A stretch of 64,000 nucleotides of DNA. It comes from a bacterium (GTDB lineage: Bacteria; UBA8248; JACPRG01; G963555815). The notes beneath the pieces were generated by a model. That model did no database searches. It saw nothing but the letters and a program-made list of their open reading frames with translations, and had not been told where the DNA came from. A program made the position numbers and the translations under genes. Below are positions 21,253 through 31,913 of this stretch, piece after piece. The DNA lies in NCBI GenBank assembly GCA_965261595.1, contig CBDHDG010000004.1, positions 871,197 through 935,196 of the forward strand. Direction: 5' to 3'. Numbering within the stretch: the stretch's first letter is position 1; each line of letters begins with the position of its first letter.

Positions 21253-24200
21253 ATGTGGCCTGACAATGAAACAGAACGCGATTTTCTCAATTTCTCTGGC
21301 GTCGCCGACACTATTGCCGAGATTGTTGTCCAAGCAAGTGGCCGGCCCACCTCGATCGGCGTGTCCGGTTCTTGGGGAAGCGGCAAGTCGTCGATGATCA
21401 AGCTGGTGCGCCGTTCTCTTGAACAACGGGCTGAAAGTTGCGCGTCACCCTTCGTCTTTGTTGAATTCAACGCATGGCTTTATCAGGGATACGACGACGC
21501 TCGCGCAGCCTTGCTTGAAGTGATTGCCACTAAACTTGCAGAAGAGGCGGCCGCTCGTAACACTGGAATCACAAAAGCGCAAAATCTACTGAAACGTGTC
21601 AACTGGTTGCGGGCAGCGAAACTCGGAGCTGGCTCTGCCCTAGCCTTAGCGCTCGGCCTGCCACCCACGGGGATAGTGGGTGATGCATTACGTGCTGGAC
21701 AGAATCTACTGTCAGATGACGGCGACGTGACTAACATCGCTGGTCTTGAGAAGAGTGCAACTGAAGCCAGCGCCGCTTTCGGTGGTTTGTTAAACCCGAA
21801 ACCCGAGCTTTCACCTCCTCGTGAAATTCACGCTATTCGTGATAGTTTCAGGGAGGCTCTTAAAGAAATAGTGGACCGCCCCTGGGTTATTGGACACTCG
21901 GGTGAGGGTATTCGACCTCATGCGGCCTCCGCAACTTGAGCGAGTTTTTCCTGCCTTGCCTGGGCCGGCGTTCGGTAGCCGTAGCCCTCGAGAATCCAAT
22001 GATGGTTATACAGGTTCTTGAACTCAAGCAGCGCCCACCGCAGTTCCTCTACGGTGGCGAAAGAGCGCACCCACAGGAGATTTTCCTTCAAGATGCGGAT
22101 GAACCACTCACAGTAGCCATTTCCCTCGGGCGCCCGCACGAAGCTGGGCGAACTGGTCATGCCCAGGTAGGCGATCTCCCGCTGAAAGTCATCGGACAGA
22201 TAGGCGGGGCCGTGGTCGTGACGAACTTTAAGCCCCTCGGCGACGTCCGCCTCCAAGCCGGCGAAGCGCTCGGCGACCCCCTGCCGGATCGGCTCCAGGG
22301 CCTCGAAGCGGTTGCCGCTCTTGGCCGCATGGATCCCCACGCAGTCCACCGAGCAGTGATCCACCGCCACGAATACCGAGGCCATCCCCTCCTCGGTGGT
22401 CACCGTCGTCGTCATGTGCGTGCCCCACATTCGGTCGGGCCGCTCGGTGCGGATGGTCCCGTTGTGGGCCTTGGGACCTCGGGGTTTGCCCACCCGGTGG
22501 GGGGCCTGAAGCCCCGCCTCCCGCATCAGGCGACGCACCCGCTCCTTGCTGGTGCGGATGCCCGCGAAGCGCAGCCTCGCCCACACCTTGCGGTAGCCCT
22601 CGCCATGGAAGGGAGAGTCCTCCAGGACCTGCCGGATGTGGCCGAGGAGTTCCGCATCGGTGCACGGGCCCACAGGGCCGCGCTTATTGGGCGTGGGGCG
22701 TTCATGAACGGGGACCGCCTCTCGCCGCCGTTGCGCGTAGACCGTGGAGCGCGCCAAGCCCCAAAGGGCGCACACCCGCTTCAGGCCGTAGGCTCTGCCC
22801 GTGGAGGTGAAGCGGGCCTGACTCATCGCCTCCACCTCCTGCCGGCTAAAGGGCGGCCGGCCTCCAGGCGGTCGATCTTCTCCCGCAGGACCTCGCCCTC
22901 CATCGTGAGTTCGCCCACCTTGGCCTTGAGCCGGGCGTTCTCCTCGTCCCGCTCATCCGCCGGGCGGGCTTTGAGCGCCGCCTCGCCCCCGCGAAGGAAC
23001 GCCTCGCGCCAGGCGGAAAGCCGAGCCGCTGTCGTGCCCAACTCGCGGCAGAGCGTCTCCAGGCTCTCGCCCCGCAAAAGACGCAGAACCGCCTCCCGCT
23101 TGCGCTGGCAGGAGAACCGACCCCGCTCACTGCGATGCCCTGGGGCCTTGGCTCCGTTCGCCCTACGGGCGCCCTCCGCCAAAGCCCCCTCTTGCTTTTG
23201 TTCGTTCATCGCGACACCCCTTTCTCCATGAATCATGGATCAATCGAGTGTCCAACAAAACCCTAGAGCGGGGGAATAGGAATCACTCTGGTAGTGCTGA
23301 TTGACGATCTTGATCGCTGCCTTCCACCGACCACTATATCGACTCTTGAGGCTATACGACTGTTTTTATTCCTCGATCGAACGGCATTTGTCATTGCGGC
23401 AGACGACGCGATGATTAAGCACGCCGTAAGTCAACATTTTGGCGGCGTTGATGGCGATTTCGTAACCAATTACTTCGACAAGCTTGTGCAAATACCGATT
23501 AGAGTGCCACCACTTGGAACGCAAGAGGTTCGGGCATACTTGATGCTACTGTTTATCGAGAACAGCGAACTCTCGGAGGAAGAAAAGGAATTCATTCGCC
23601 AAAAAGTTTGTGCACGTCTCTCCGAAACTTGGCGTGGCGTACGCGTCGATCGCGCTTTCATAGAGACGGTTCATACAGATTTGCCCACCGAACTTATCGG
23701 CCGATTCGACACGGCGGACAGACTCGCGCCACTAATGACTTCGGCTTCCCAAATATCCGGCAATCCACGGCTAATCAAACGCTTCCTCAATGCGTTGGCC
23801 ATCCGCATGGCGATTTCGGATGCCCACGGTGTTGGTGTGGATGAGGCGGTGCTAGTGAAAATGCTTCTCTTCGAGCGCTGCGGCAATTCGAAAGCATATG
23901 ACGAACTGACACGAATAGTAAATGAAGATACTGAAGGAAAGGCGCGGTTCCTTGATGGTTGGGAAGACAAGATCACAACCGGTGAAATGCTGGAACTTTC
24001 TGAGACCTGGGAGGAACCATTTATCCGTGAATGGTTGAACATCCCACCCAAACTCGGCAACCTAGATCTGCGCGGAGTGCTTTATGTCGGTCGTGAGCAC
24101 GCACCGCTCATCACCCCCGAAGATCGCCTGTCTTCCGAGGCAGCAGAGTTGCTGTCGGCAATGCTTGAATCCCCCGATATGGCGGATCAGACTTCTTGAT

Positions 24201-24524
24201 CGGCTGGCCACCGTCCAGCGAGCTGAATTGGCGATCATTATGAATCGGCTGCTGGAACGTGCTCTGCAGGAACAAGAGTGGGGGACACCCCCCATACTGA
24301 ACGCTTGCCTTACCGTCACTCGCGCCGATCCAGGGCAAGGTACACGCCTTGCCGCCTTCTTGAGCGATCGCCCCGCAGCGCAGATCACAGCGCCAATAAT
24401 TCCAAGAATCGGCGACCAGCCGTGGGCAGGAGAGGTATTCGGGAGGTGGCGGGAAAGCGGTGTGAACCCTCCAGTCAAAGCAGCCATAACGAAGAGGAAG
24501 AGGAATGGGGACATCCCAATCTAG
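21253..24524 (+). pseudogene. qatA: Qat system KAP-family P-loop NTPase, split by an IS and frameshifted near 24190
   Basis: MWPDNETERDFLNF, GSWGSGKSS and FNAWLYQGYDD. Removing the IS restores LKEIGITLVVLIDDLDRCLP. Also YFDKLVQIP and GNPRLIKRFLN; the C-terminal WGTPPIL lies in a shifted frame. Confidence 0.9.
21872..23274 (-). mobile_element. IS3-like element inserted in qatA (orfA 22823-23209, orfB 21918-22826)
   Basis: AATAG duplicated at 21867-21871 and 23275-23279. Subterminal inverted repeat TTGGACACTC. OrfA HTH RKREAVLRLLRGES. OrfB GYRKVW, RHDHG and PEGNG; the first catalytic Asp appears replaced (WGTH). Confidence 0.88.
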
Positions 24525-25361
24525 TTCGGGCTCACCATCAAATGTTCCGATGGTGCCACCATGGGTTCCCGATGCGCCCGTCGACGGAGCCAAGGTCAGA
24601 ATGAACCGGATGAGACCGATAAAGACTCGGGTACCGGGGACACTCAGCAACCGGCGCCGCTGACCACACGCCCGGTGCCCATAGCGCCCCGTGGCCGCTT
24701 CGCCCCGGCCCGGCGCGATATCGGGAGCTTTGGTCGCACCGGTTCAACAGACGATATGCGGCGGGGAGTCGGGCACTATGCCCGAAAAAGCCTAGGTGGC
24801 AGTGGAACGGCAGCCGCACGGTTTGGTGGTACAGCCCAAACGGCTGGCACGCTCTATGGCGCCCTTTCTGCGCTCTCCTCAGGCGAGACGGCGGCTCCTG
24901 GTAGCCCTCTTGATCTTGCACTACTTCAAGGTCGATCCGCGGACGAAGTAATTGACGCCGTTGTCGAAGCCGTTCGTCCGATTGATGGAAGCCAGGATAC
25001 CGAAGCTAGCCGCTACGCCATCAACGATGCGCTCTCTGATGTTCTCGCCCATTTTCCGGATGCGGATTTGCTAAATCTGTCCGAAGAACAGAAGCTCTTT
25101 GCGATAGAGTGCTATATCGGACTCGATGTTTTCGAACGCTTTGATCTCGATGTAGGAAAACACTTAAGAGAAAATGCTTCAAGCGTTGCCGCCGCACTTT
25201 CCCGCTTTCGCGAAGTCAAGATCTATATCCGTGAAACGGTCGCCGCCTCATTTCGAGACATGCTCTCTGGATCACAGACCTTGAATGCTCACCAGATCAA
25301 TAACATCGTACGATCGGCATTGCAGGAGGCCTTCGAGGTTTTCGAGGATTACCTGTCGTGA
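24505..25361 (+). pseudogene. qatB: Qat system QatB, frameshifted near 24590
   Basis: Starts MGTSQSSSGSPSNVPMVPPWVPD (typical QatB N-terminus), then continues in the 24561 frame (GGSGTAAARF...). Lies between qatA and qatC. Confidence 0.8.
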
Positions 25362-26320
25362 AACTTTTTTGTGCGCCCCGCGACCGCCTTGCCTCTGCCC
25401 CGCCCGGCACAGACCGTCTCGTTGTCTTGTATAGCCAAGCCGATACACCCAATACGATCTCGATTGGAGCAACGGCCCTTCAGAAACTCATCCGTCAAAA
25501 GTTTGTACCCGACCCGCGCGCATGGGACCTTCTCACCATCGCATTGTCAGTTATTGCCGCCGATACATCCGAGAGCCGAGGCAACAGCCCCGACGGCTGG
25601 ACGCGTCAGATCGATTTGTGCATTGCCGTCAACGATCCGGATTTCTGGTCATCACAGGCGGATCTGTTTGAACACCAGTTGCGTTTCCTAACCACTGACA
25701 TTTGGTCACTGAAATTCACCGACGGCGGTATCTTGCCGACTCCATCCAAAAAGGGGATGGTCAGGCCGGATGAAGACTGCGTATGTCTTCTATCAGGCGG
25801 TTTTGACAGCTTGATTGGAGCCATCGACCTTTCTGCAGATACCTCAAGAAATCCTTATCTTGTTAGTCAAGTTTCGCTGGGCGACAAGAGCCGCCAGACA
25901 CAGTTCGCGCGCCTGATTGCAGGCGGTTTACCGCGCCTACAGCTCAACCATAATGTGAAAGTTCCATGGACGAATGAGCGGTCCCAGCGCGCACGTTCGA
26001 TTATTTTTCTAGCATATGGGGTTCTTTTGGCAACCGCACTCAACAGATACCACGAAGGCAAACGGGTAACGCTCTATGTATGTGAGAACGGTTTTATCTC
26101 CATTAATCCTCCCCTTACTACTGGACGAGTGGGAAGTCTCAGCACTCGAACGACTCATCCGGTCTTCATCCGTCAGTTTCAACAGCTCCTCGGCGCGGCC
26201 GGACTGAACATACAAATTGAGAATCCGCATCAGTTCAAAACGAAGGGAGAGATGCTCTTAGAGAGTACTGACCAAGGCTTTCTCAAGGCCCATGCCTCCA
26301 ACCCTGATTGTCACCGTTGA
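25358..26320 (+). pseudogene. qatC: Qat system QueC-like protein, 3'-truncated
   Basis: DGWTRQIDL, FLTTDIW, PP-loop LLSGGFDS, SQRARS, ENGFISINPPLT, STRTTHP and NPHQFKTKGEM. It ends before the C-terminal SC...CGxCxxC zinc site, and no qatD follows. Confidence 0.88.
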
Positions 26321-26348
26321 GGCTCAACAACCGGCTGGTAGCGCTCAG

Positions 26349-27215
26349 CTACGCCTGGACGAGCTCCCGGTAAGAAGGCTCGTGGTCGGGCCGCAGGCCG
26401 TGTCTTTTCATCCAGTCCGCCGCCCATTTGAATTCCTTCTCGGTATAAGCGTCGGGATAGACGTACGTGAGGCGCCGCAGACTCATGTCCTCGACCGAGA
26501 ACTCCCCCCGAAGGTCGTCGGGAACGTCGCGCAGGAGGTAAGCCGCGTAGGTCCTGATGTCCCGATTGATCTCGTCCACCGCCCGCCGCAGCGCCCGGTA
26601 CAGGGCCTCCCGGCTTTCCTTTCCGTAGTCCTCTGCGGTGTAGAGCAGACCCCGGTATTTTGTTTCAACCAGAATACGGCATCCCCGCGTTTCCGCCAGA
26701 CTGATGAACGGCTCCATCAGATTCACGGCATCGACTTCTCCGGAGAGCAAAGCCCGGGTGCGGATGGCCGGTCCTCCGACGTGGTTGAGGACGATCTCAT
26801 CGTCGGGCACATGCCCTTCCAGCATCTTGACCGCCGTGTAGTGAGAGCCGGTCTGGTCCTGAATGGCGACGGGGACGCCGGCCAGGTCGTCCGGCCGGTG
26901 ATAAGGGGCGTCGCTCCGGACGCAAATCGCCATGGACGTCACGCTCTCGCGCTTGCCCAGGATCAATCCGCCCCGCTCCCCGTCGGCAGCCCGCTTGATG
27001 ACGCCCCACTCGCACTTGTTGTAGGCCTCGAGGCCTCCCGCCTCGTAATCGAGCGTCACGGGCCGCTCGAAGACCGGCGCGGGCTCCAGCGCGGGATCGG
27101 GCTCCCAAACCTCCACCTCAATCCCATCCTCCTTGAAATAACCCTTCTCAACGGCCACGTCCCAGGGAAGGGTGAATACCGTTCCTTCATTCGTGAAACG
27201 AATCCTGACAGCCAT
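26349..27215 (-). CDS. SsuA/THI5(NMT1)-like ABC transporter substrate-binding protein
   Basis: VAVEKGYFKEDGIEVEV, PDDLAGVPVA, GSHY and ALLSGEVDA. Probable start at MAVRIRF. Confidence 0.75.
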   Translation of the reverse strand: MAVRIRFTNEGTVFTLPWDVAVEKGYFKEDGIEVEVWEPDPALEPAPVFERPVTLDYEAGGLEAYNKCEWGVIKRAADGERGGLILGKRESVTSMAICVRSDAPYHRPDDLAGVPVAIQDQTGSHYTAVKMLEGHVPDDEIVLNHVGGPAIRTRALLSGEVDAVNLMEPFISLAETRGCRILVETKYRGLLYTAEDYGKESREALYRALRRAVDEINRDIRTYAAYLLRDVPDDLRGEFSVEDMSLRRLTYVYPDAYTEKEFKWAADWMKRHGLRPDHEPSYRELVQA

Positions 27216-27575
27216 TCGCGCGTCTCCCAACCAGCTTCCTCGAAACCTTCCTCGTCCACTCGATCGCCCGCCCGGATCCGAATCGGCGCCGAACGGGCGA
27301 AAACTCATCATTCACAAATATGCGCCAGCGCATCTGCAGGAAATTATAACCGATTCCGGTTTTCATTTGGATCACAGGCCGGACAGGAACCGGCCGTCAG
27401 CCCGCCCGGAAAATTCTGTACCGCGCAGCGCCGGCCGCGCCCCTGTGCCCGGCGGCAATTGCTCGAAAGTCCCCGTGTCCGTTTATCCGTTCGGTAACGG
27501 GGAACTCATCTTGCAAGAGATGACACTTTGGAAGGTGAAGCGGCGTTCATGTGAGGATACGGCTGTCAACGAGAA

Positions 27576-27606
27576 GCGGGGCGGGGCCTGAACGACCCCG
27601 CCCCGC
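27576..27606 (-). terminator. Probable intrinsic terminator after the porin gene
   Basis: 11-bp perfect stem GCGGGGCGGGG/CCCCGCCCCGC, 18 bp past the porin stop, with a short T-rich tail on the minus strand. Confidence 0.6.
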
Positions 27607-27624
27607 GGAAGCTGTAATGATCAA

Positions 27625-28851
27625 CTAATAGAGTTGCGCTTTGAAGCCATACTTGAGGCCCAGGCTGATAGTATTGACCGTTTCCTTCCCCGGCTTCTCG
27701 AAATCTTCCCGCAGATATTCAGCAAACACTCCCACGCTGCTCGTCAACGCCTTGAACAGCGTGAGATTGTAGCCGACCGCTCCGTGTGGAGGCTTATCAG
27801 GACCGGCTACATCTCCATCATAGGCAAAAAAAGCCGCGAGGCCGGTGTAGCCGTTGCCGAAAGAGTAGGAAGCCAGCAAATCCAGCGTATACCCGTCTTG
27901 ATCCTCCTCCGTTGCATTCTTGGGAATCAAATGGTCACGGTCAATATACTGGTAAGTAAAAGCAAGGTAGAGAGCATCGGTCACATCCCAGCTGCCACCG
28001 ACACCATAAAAGTCATGCCTAAAATCCTTTTCACTATTATCGCGCAGGTAGGATACACCGAGATAGGCAGGCCCATAACGGTAGCCTACACCAAAAGACG
28101 CCGCGTCCACGTGGCTGGGGTCGCCGCTGCCGACCGACTTGCCGTCCACCTTCACGCCCATACCCACCTTGAAACCACCAATATTGTGGGCGTAGCTGAT
28201 CTGGTTGTCGGTATAGTACGGGCCATACAGGCCATTTTGAATATAGCCAAAGGGGCTATCGAAGTTGTAGAAAACGTCGACCACGCTCGCAACGATGCTG
28301 TAGTGCGGATCATACTGCGTGCCGATGAGGACGCTACCGTAGTCGGCGCTTTTCAAGCCCACATAAGCCAGTTTTCTCCTGCCAAGGTCGCCTTCATCAT
28401 TGATGTTGACAGCCCATACACCCCTGAGCACCGCGGTGAGGGTATCGGTCACTTTGACATCCGCGGCGATACCGATCTTCGACCCCACATCGTAAACGTC
28501 CGTGGACGAGCCCTGCATTCCCACCCAGCGGTGGGAGTCAGCGTCACGATAGGTCAACGACGGCCAAAACGTACCGTCAAGATAGACATTGGCAGCATCG
28601 TCCTTTTTCCGGATTGGCGCAGCCTTGACAACTTCCTCGAGTTTCTCCCGCCCCTGCCTTGCCTCCTCCAGCGCCTGTCTCGCCTCCTCCAGGGTCTGTC
28701 TCGTCTTCTCCAGGGTCTGTTCAAGCCTGTTGATACGGGTTTCCAGCTCTTCCAGCGTCGCCGCATTGACAACCACCGGGAACGACAGAGCCAAAACAAC
28801 GCACAACAAGCAATTCGCGAGAACCTTCTGAATCAAATTACGGCATCTCAT
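27625..28851 (-). CDS. Gram-negative outer-membrane porin with an N-terminal coiled coil
   Basis: Signal peptide ending VVNA, heptad region, SKIGI, RKLAYVGLKSADYGSVLIG, amphipathic beta strands and terminal LGLKYGF. GGAGG RBS. Confidence 0.85.
   Translation of the reverse strand: MRCRNLIQKVLANCLLCVVLALSFPVVVNAATLEELETRINRLEQTLEKTRQTLEEARQALEEARQGREKLEEVVKAAPIRKKDDAANVYLDGTFWPSLTYRDADSHRWVGMQGSSTDVYDVGSKIGIAADVKVTDTLTAVLRGVWAVNINDEGDLGRRKLAYVGLKSADYGSVLIGTQYDPHYSIVASVVDVFYNFDSPFGYIQNGLYGPYYTDNQISYAHNIGGFKVGMGVKVDGKSVGSGDPSHVDAASFGVGYRYGPAYLGVSYLRDNSEKDFRHDFYGVGGSWDVTDALYLAFTYQYIDRDHLIPKNATEEDQDGYTLDLLASYSFGNGYTGLAAFFAYDGDVAGPDKPPHGAVGYNLTLFKALTSSVGVFAEYLREDFEKPGKETVNTISLGLKYGFKAQLY
28661..28723. 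repeat. Three tandem 21-bp units encoding heptads in the porin
   Basis: GCCTCCTCCAGCGCCTGTCTC, GCCTCCTCCAGGGTCTGTCTC, GTCTTCTCCAGGGTCTGTTCA. Confidence 0.8.
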
Positions 28852-28882
28852 CCCGTCTCCTCCAGATTCAGAGTCATCTAAC

Positions 28883-30550
28883 CCGGAATTTCCCATATCA
28901 ACTTGCTTGGGTGGTTTCCGGTCCCCTTTCCCGATGAAAACCAGTTGATCCCCTTCCGATGGGTTTGTCAAGAGCCTTCCAACCCTCCGCAACAAGGTGC
29001 TGACGGCCATCGACTGCCCCAAAAGGCGGACCCTCGCCCTTCGGTCCCCTTTGTTCGCGGTTCAACCCGTTAACCAATCACCTCATGCTGCCGGGAACCC
29101 TCTGCACAAGGTTAGACCGGCACCGGCCGTAATCGGTTGATTCGGTCCAGGATGATGGCGAACTCTTCCCTGGATACCGCTACTTCGGCCAATTGAAAGA
29201 TGATCTGCCGGGCGTGCCGCACAATCCTCCCGCCCATTTTGATGAGCTTGACCTGGAGGCTTCGCAGCGACCAGTGCTTGAGCCCCCTGGGCAAGGCTAG
29301 CCTGCGCAGGAAATTGCCCAGGTTGTACGCCAGGACGAAGAGAAGGAGCCGCACCTGGTTGCACACGAACCGGTGACAGGAAAGGCGTGTCCAGTTCAGG
29401 GCGTACTTGCCTTCCTTGATCCATTGCTCGGCTGTGCCTCGCTGGTTGTAGAAGTGCACGACCCCCTCGGGTCGAGCCGTCAGGTTCGTGACAATGAATC
29501 CGACGCGAGGGAAGAGTTCGCCTGAGTGCCATTCCACCTTCGCCACGACCCGCCGGGAACGGTCCCAGCTTCCAGCCTGATACCGGAAGTCGTAATAGAA
29601 GATGATGGGTCTCTTGGGCGGGCGACCGACCGGGCGGGTGAGGAGGAAGTCGATCTCTCGCTGCACCACGTCGTTGGCGGGAAGGCGGATGGCGTAAAGG
29701 AAGCTGTGCGCTTCCAGGCACTCATAGACCTCCGGGCGCGCAAAGGCGGCATCGGCTCGGCAGTAACGGCGAACACCCGCCCGCTCATACCGGGCCGCGA
29801 TGGGCGAAAGCAACTCGCGCCAGCCATCGGCGCTGTGCACGTTGCCGGGGCGCAACATCGCCCCTTCGCAGTCCCCGAACTGGTTAAAGCAAAAAAGAGG
29901 GTGATAACAGGTGCAACGAAAGTGGCCGTTGTAGGCCGTACCTTCCTGCTCCCCATGGACGGGGCTTTCCGAGCTGTCCATGTCCAGGATGATTCGCTGA
30001 TGGGGTGAGTGTGCCATGGCCCGGTCCACCCACTCCCGGTTCAGCTCGCTCCGGCCCCTTGAGATTCTCCTCCCTGGTGAGAACCTCGGTCTCGAACCGG
30101 CTCAGGGTGTTGGCGCCCGCCGCCTGCTTCTCAAGCGCTCGGCGGCCGACCACGGCTTGCATCGCGGGGTCCTGGGCCAACCGCTCGGCATCGTTGGTGT
30201 CTTCATACCCTGCCAAGCGGCTATAGACCGACTGGCGCAATAGCGGCGCCAACTCATGCTGGATGTTCCGGCCATGACGGATCTCTTGCAATTGCACTGG
30301 CGCTCTCACCGTCAAACCCAGCGCATCATCCAGCTCCCGGCAGGCCAGCAATCCCGCATCCGAAGTGATTCTGGTTCCGTGAAACTCAAGCCTCAGCCGA
30401 CGGTCAAAACGGATCTTCAAAGCCCCCTTCTTCGCTTCACCCATTGGGTCCCCTCGCAAGATGATGGCAGGGGGAGGCCAACACCTTGATCTTACATGAG
30501 AAAACGGCATTCGGTCCGACAAAACTTATGATCCATATGGGAAATGCGGG
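28883..30550 (-). mobile_element. IS1380-family element, copy 2 (variant B); transposase 29112-30444 frameshifted near 30052
   Basis: Ends CCGGAATTTCCCAT ... ATGGGAAATGCGGG. 5-bp TSD CTAAC at 28878-28882 and 30551-30555. Confidence 0.94.
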
Positions 30551-30817
30551 CTAACAGGTGTTAACGATACATTCCCCGCAAGAGTCGGTCAATCGATGTC
30601 CACGGCGGGAAGCCGCCCGCGCTCTCTGCCGAATTTGTCGATTTTCGGCCGGGACTTGCAACTTTAACCGCATTAGGGCTAAACTTCAAAAAGGCTATCA
30701 TAGCAGTAGATCGTCGGGGGGGCGGCAAGAGAGATCGTTCGCCCTCGGCAACTCCTCATGGGCCGGCCATACCCTTAAGGACGTAACGCGCAGTGTGCCA
30801 ATCGAATGGAGGATTCC

Positions 30818-31858
30818 ATGATGAAATTCAAAGCTCTCACGCTCGCCGCCGTCGTCGCGCTCGGTATGGCGGGGGCCACCACCGTCGCGCCCGGCAAGGC
30901 GGAAGCCGCCTGCAAGGTCCATATCGGCGACCTCAACTGGGACAGCGCTAATTTCCACGACCAAGTGGTCGCCTTCATCCTGAAGCACGGGTATGGCTGC
31001 AAGGTGAACATGACCTACGGCGGTACCCTCCCGATCATGGCGGCGCATTACCAGCAGAAAAACGACCTGATCATGGAACTCTGGTACGACAATGTCAAGG
31101 ACCAATACGACGCCGCCAAGAACGCCGGCAAGGTCCGGATGCTGAGCGCCAACACGCCGGACAGCCAGCAGGGCTGGTACATCCCGCGCTACGTCCAGGA
31201 GGCGAACCCGGGCCTTCGGTCGGTCTATGACCTACCGAAGTACAAGCACCTGTTCACGGATCCCGAGGACCCTTCGAAGGGGCGTTTCGTGAACTGCATC
31301 CCCGGCTGGGCCTGCGAGGTCATCAACTCGGTCAAGTTGCGCGCCTACGGGCTCGAGGAGAACTTCACCAATTTCCGGCCGGGGTCGGGCGGCGCACTCG
31401 CGGCGGCAATCAAGGGCGCCTATCTCAAGAAGAAACCGGTGCTCGCCTATTACTGGGCGCCAACGTCGCTCCTGGGCCAGTTCAATCTCGTCAAGCTCGA
31501 AGAGCCGGAATGGAACCAAGCTGATTGGAACGAGATGATGAAGCACGTCCTCGCGGTCAAGAAGGACGGCGAGGAAGCCATGGGCAACCCGACCAAGGCG
31601 ACGGCTTACCGGAACACGGAACTGCCGAAGTCGGTCAGCACCAGGTTCGCGACCAAAAACCCCGAGATCATCGCTTTCATCGAGAAGTACACCCTGTCGT
31701 CGGAGGTGGTCTCGCAGGCGCTGTCCTATCTTGAGAACGAGGCGAACGGCGACGCCCAGGACACCGCCATCCACTTCCTCAAGACCAGCGACGTCTGGAA
31801 AGGCTGGGTTCCGGCCGACGTCGCCATGAAAGTCGAAGCGGCGCTCGCCTCGGTCTGA
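30818..31858 (+). CDS. proX: Glycine betaine/proline-type ABC transporter substrate-binding protein
   Basis: Signal peptide, LNWDSA, MELW, GWYIPRY, CIPGWACE and YYWAP (OpuAC family). First gene of an SBP-permease-ATPase operon; exact substrate unknown. Confidence 0.85.
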   Translation: MMKFKALTLAAVVALGMAGATTVAPGKAEAACKVHIGDLNWDSANFHDQVVAFILKHGYGCKVNMTYGGTLPIMAAHYQQKNDLIMELWYDNVKDQYDAAKNAGKVRMLSANTPDSQQGWYIPRYVQEANPGLRSVYDLPKYKHLFTDPEDPSKGRFVNCIPGWACEVINSVKLRAYGLEENFTNFRPGSGGALAAAIKGAYLKKKPVLAYYWAPTSLLGQFNLVKLEEPEWNQADWNEMMKHVLAVKKDGEEAMGNPTKATAYRNTELPKSVSTRFATKNPEIIAFIEKYTLSSEVVSQALSYLENEANGDAQDTAIHFLKTSDVWKGWVPADVAMKVEAALASV

Positions 31859-31913
31859 GGCGCGCCCGCGCGGGGCCCTGCCCCGGGAGGCGCCGCATCG
31901 CATTCGTGAGGAG

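Noticed and set aside
27625..29022. 465-aa porin with an extended N-terminus
   Set aside because: The extension is read from IS1380 DNA; the true start with RBS and signal peptide is at 28851.
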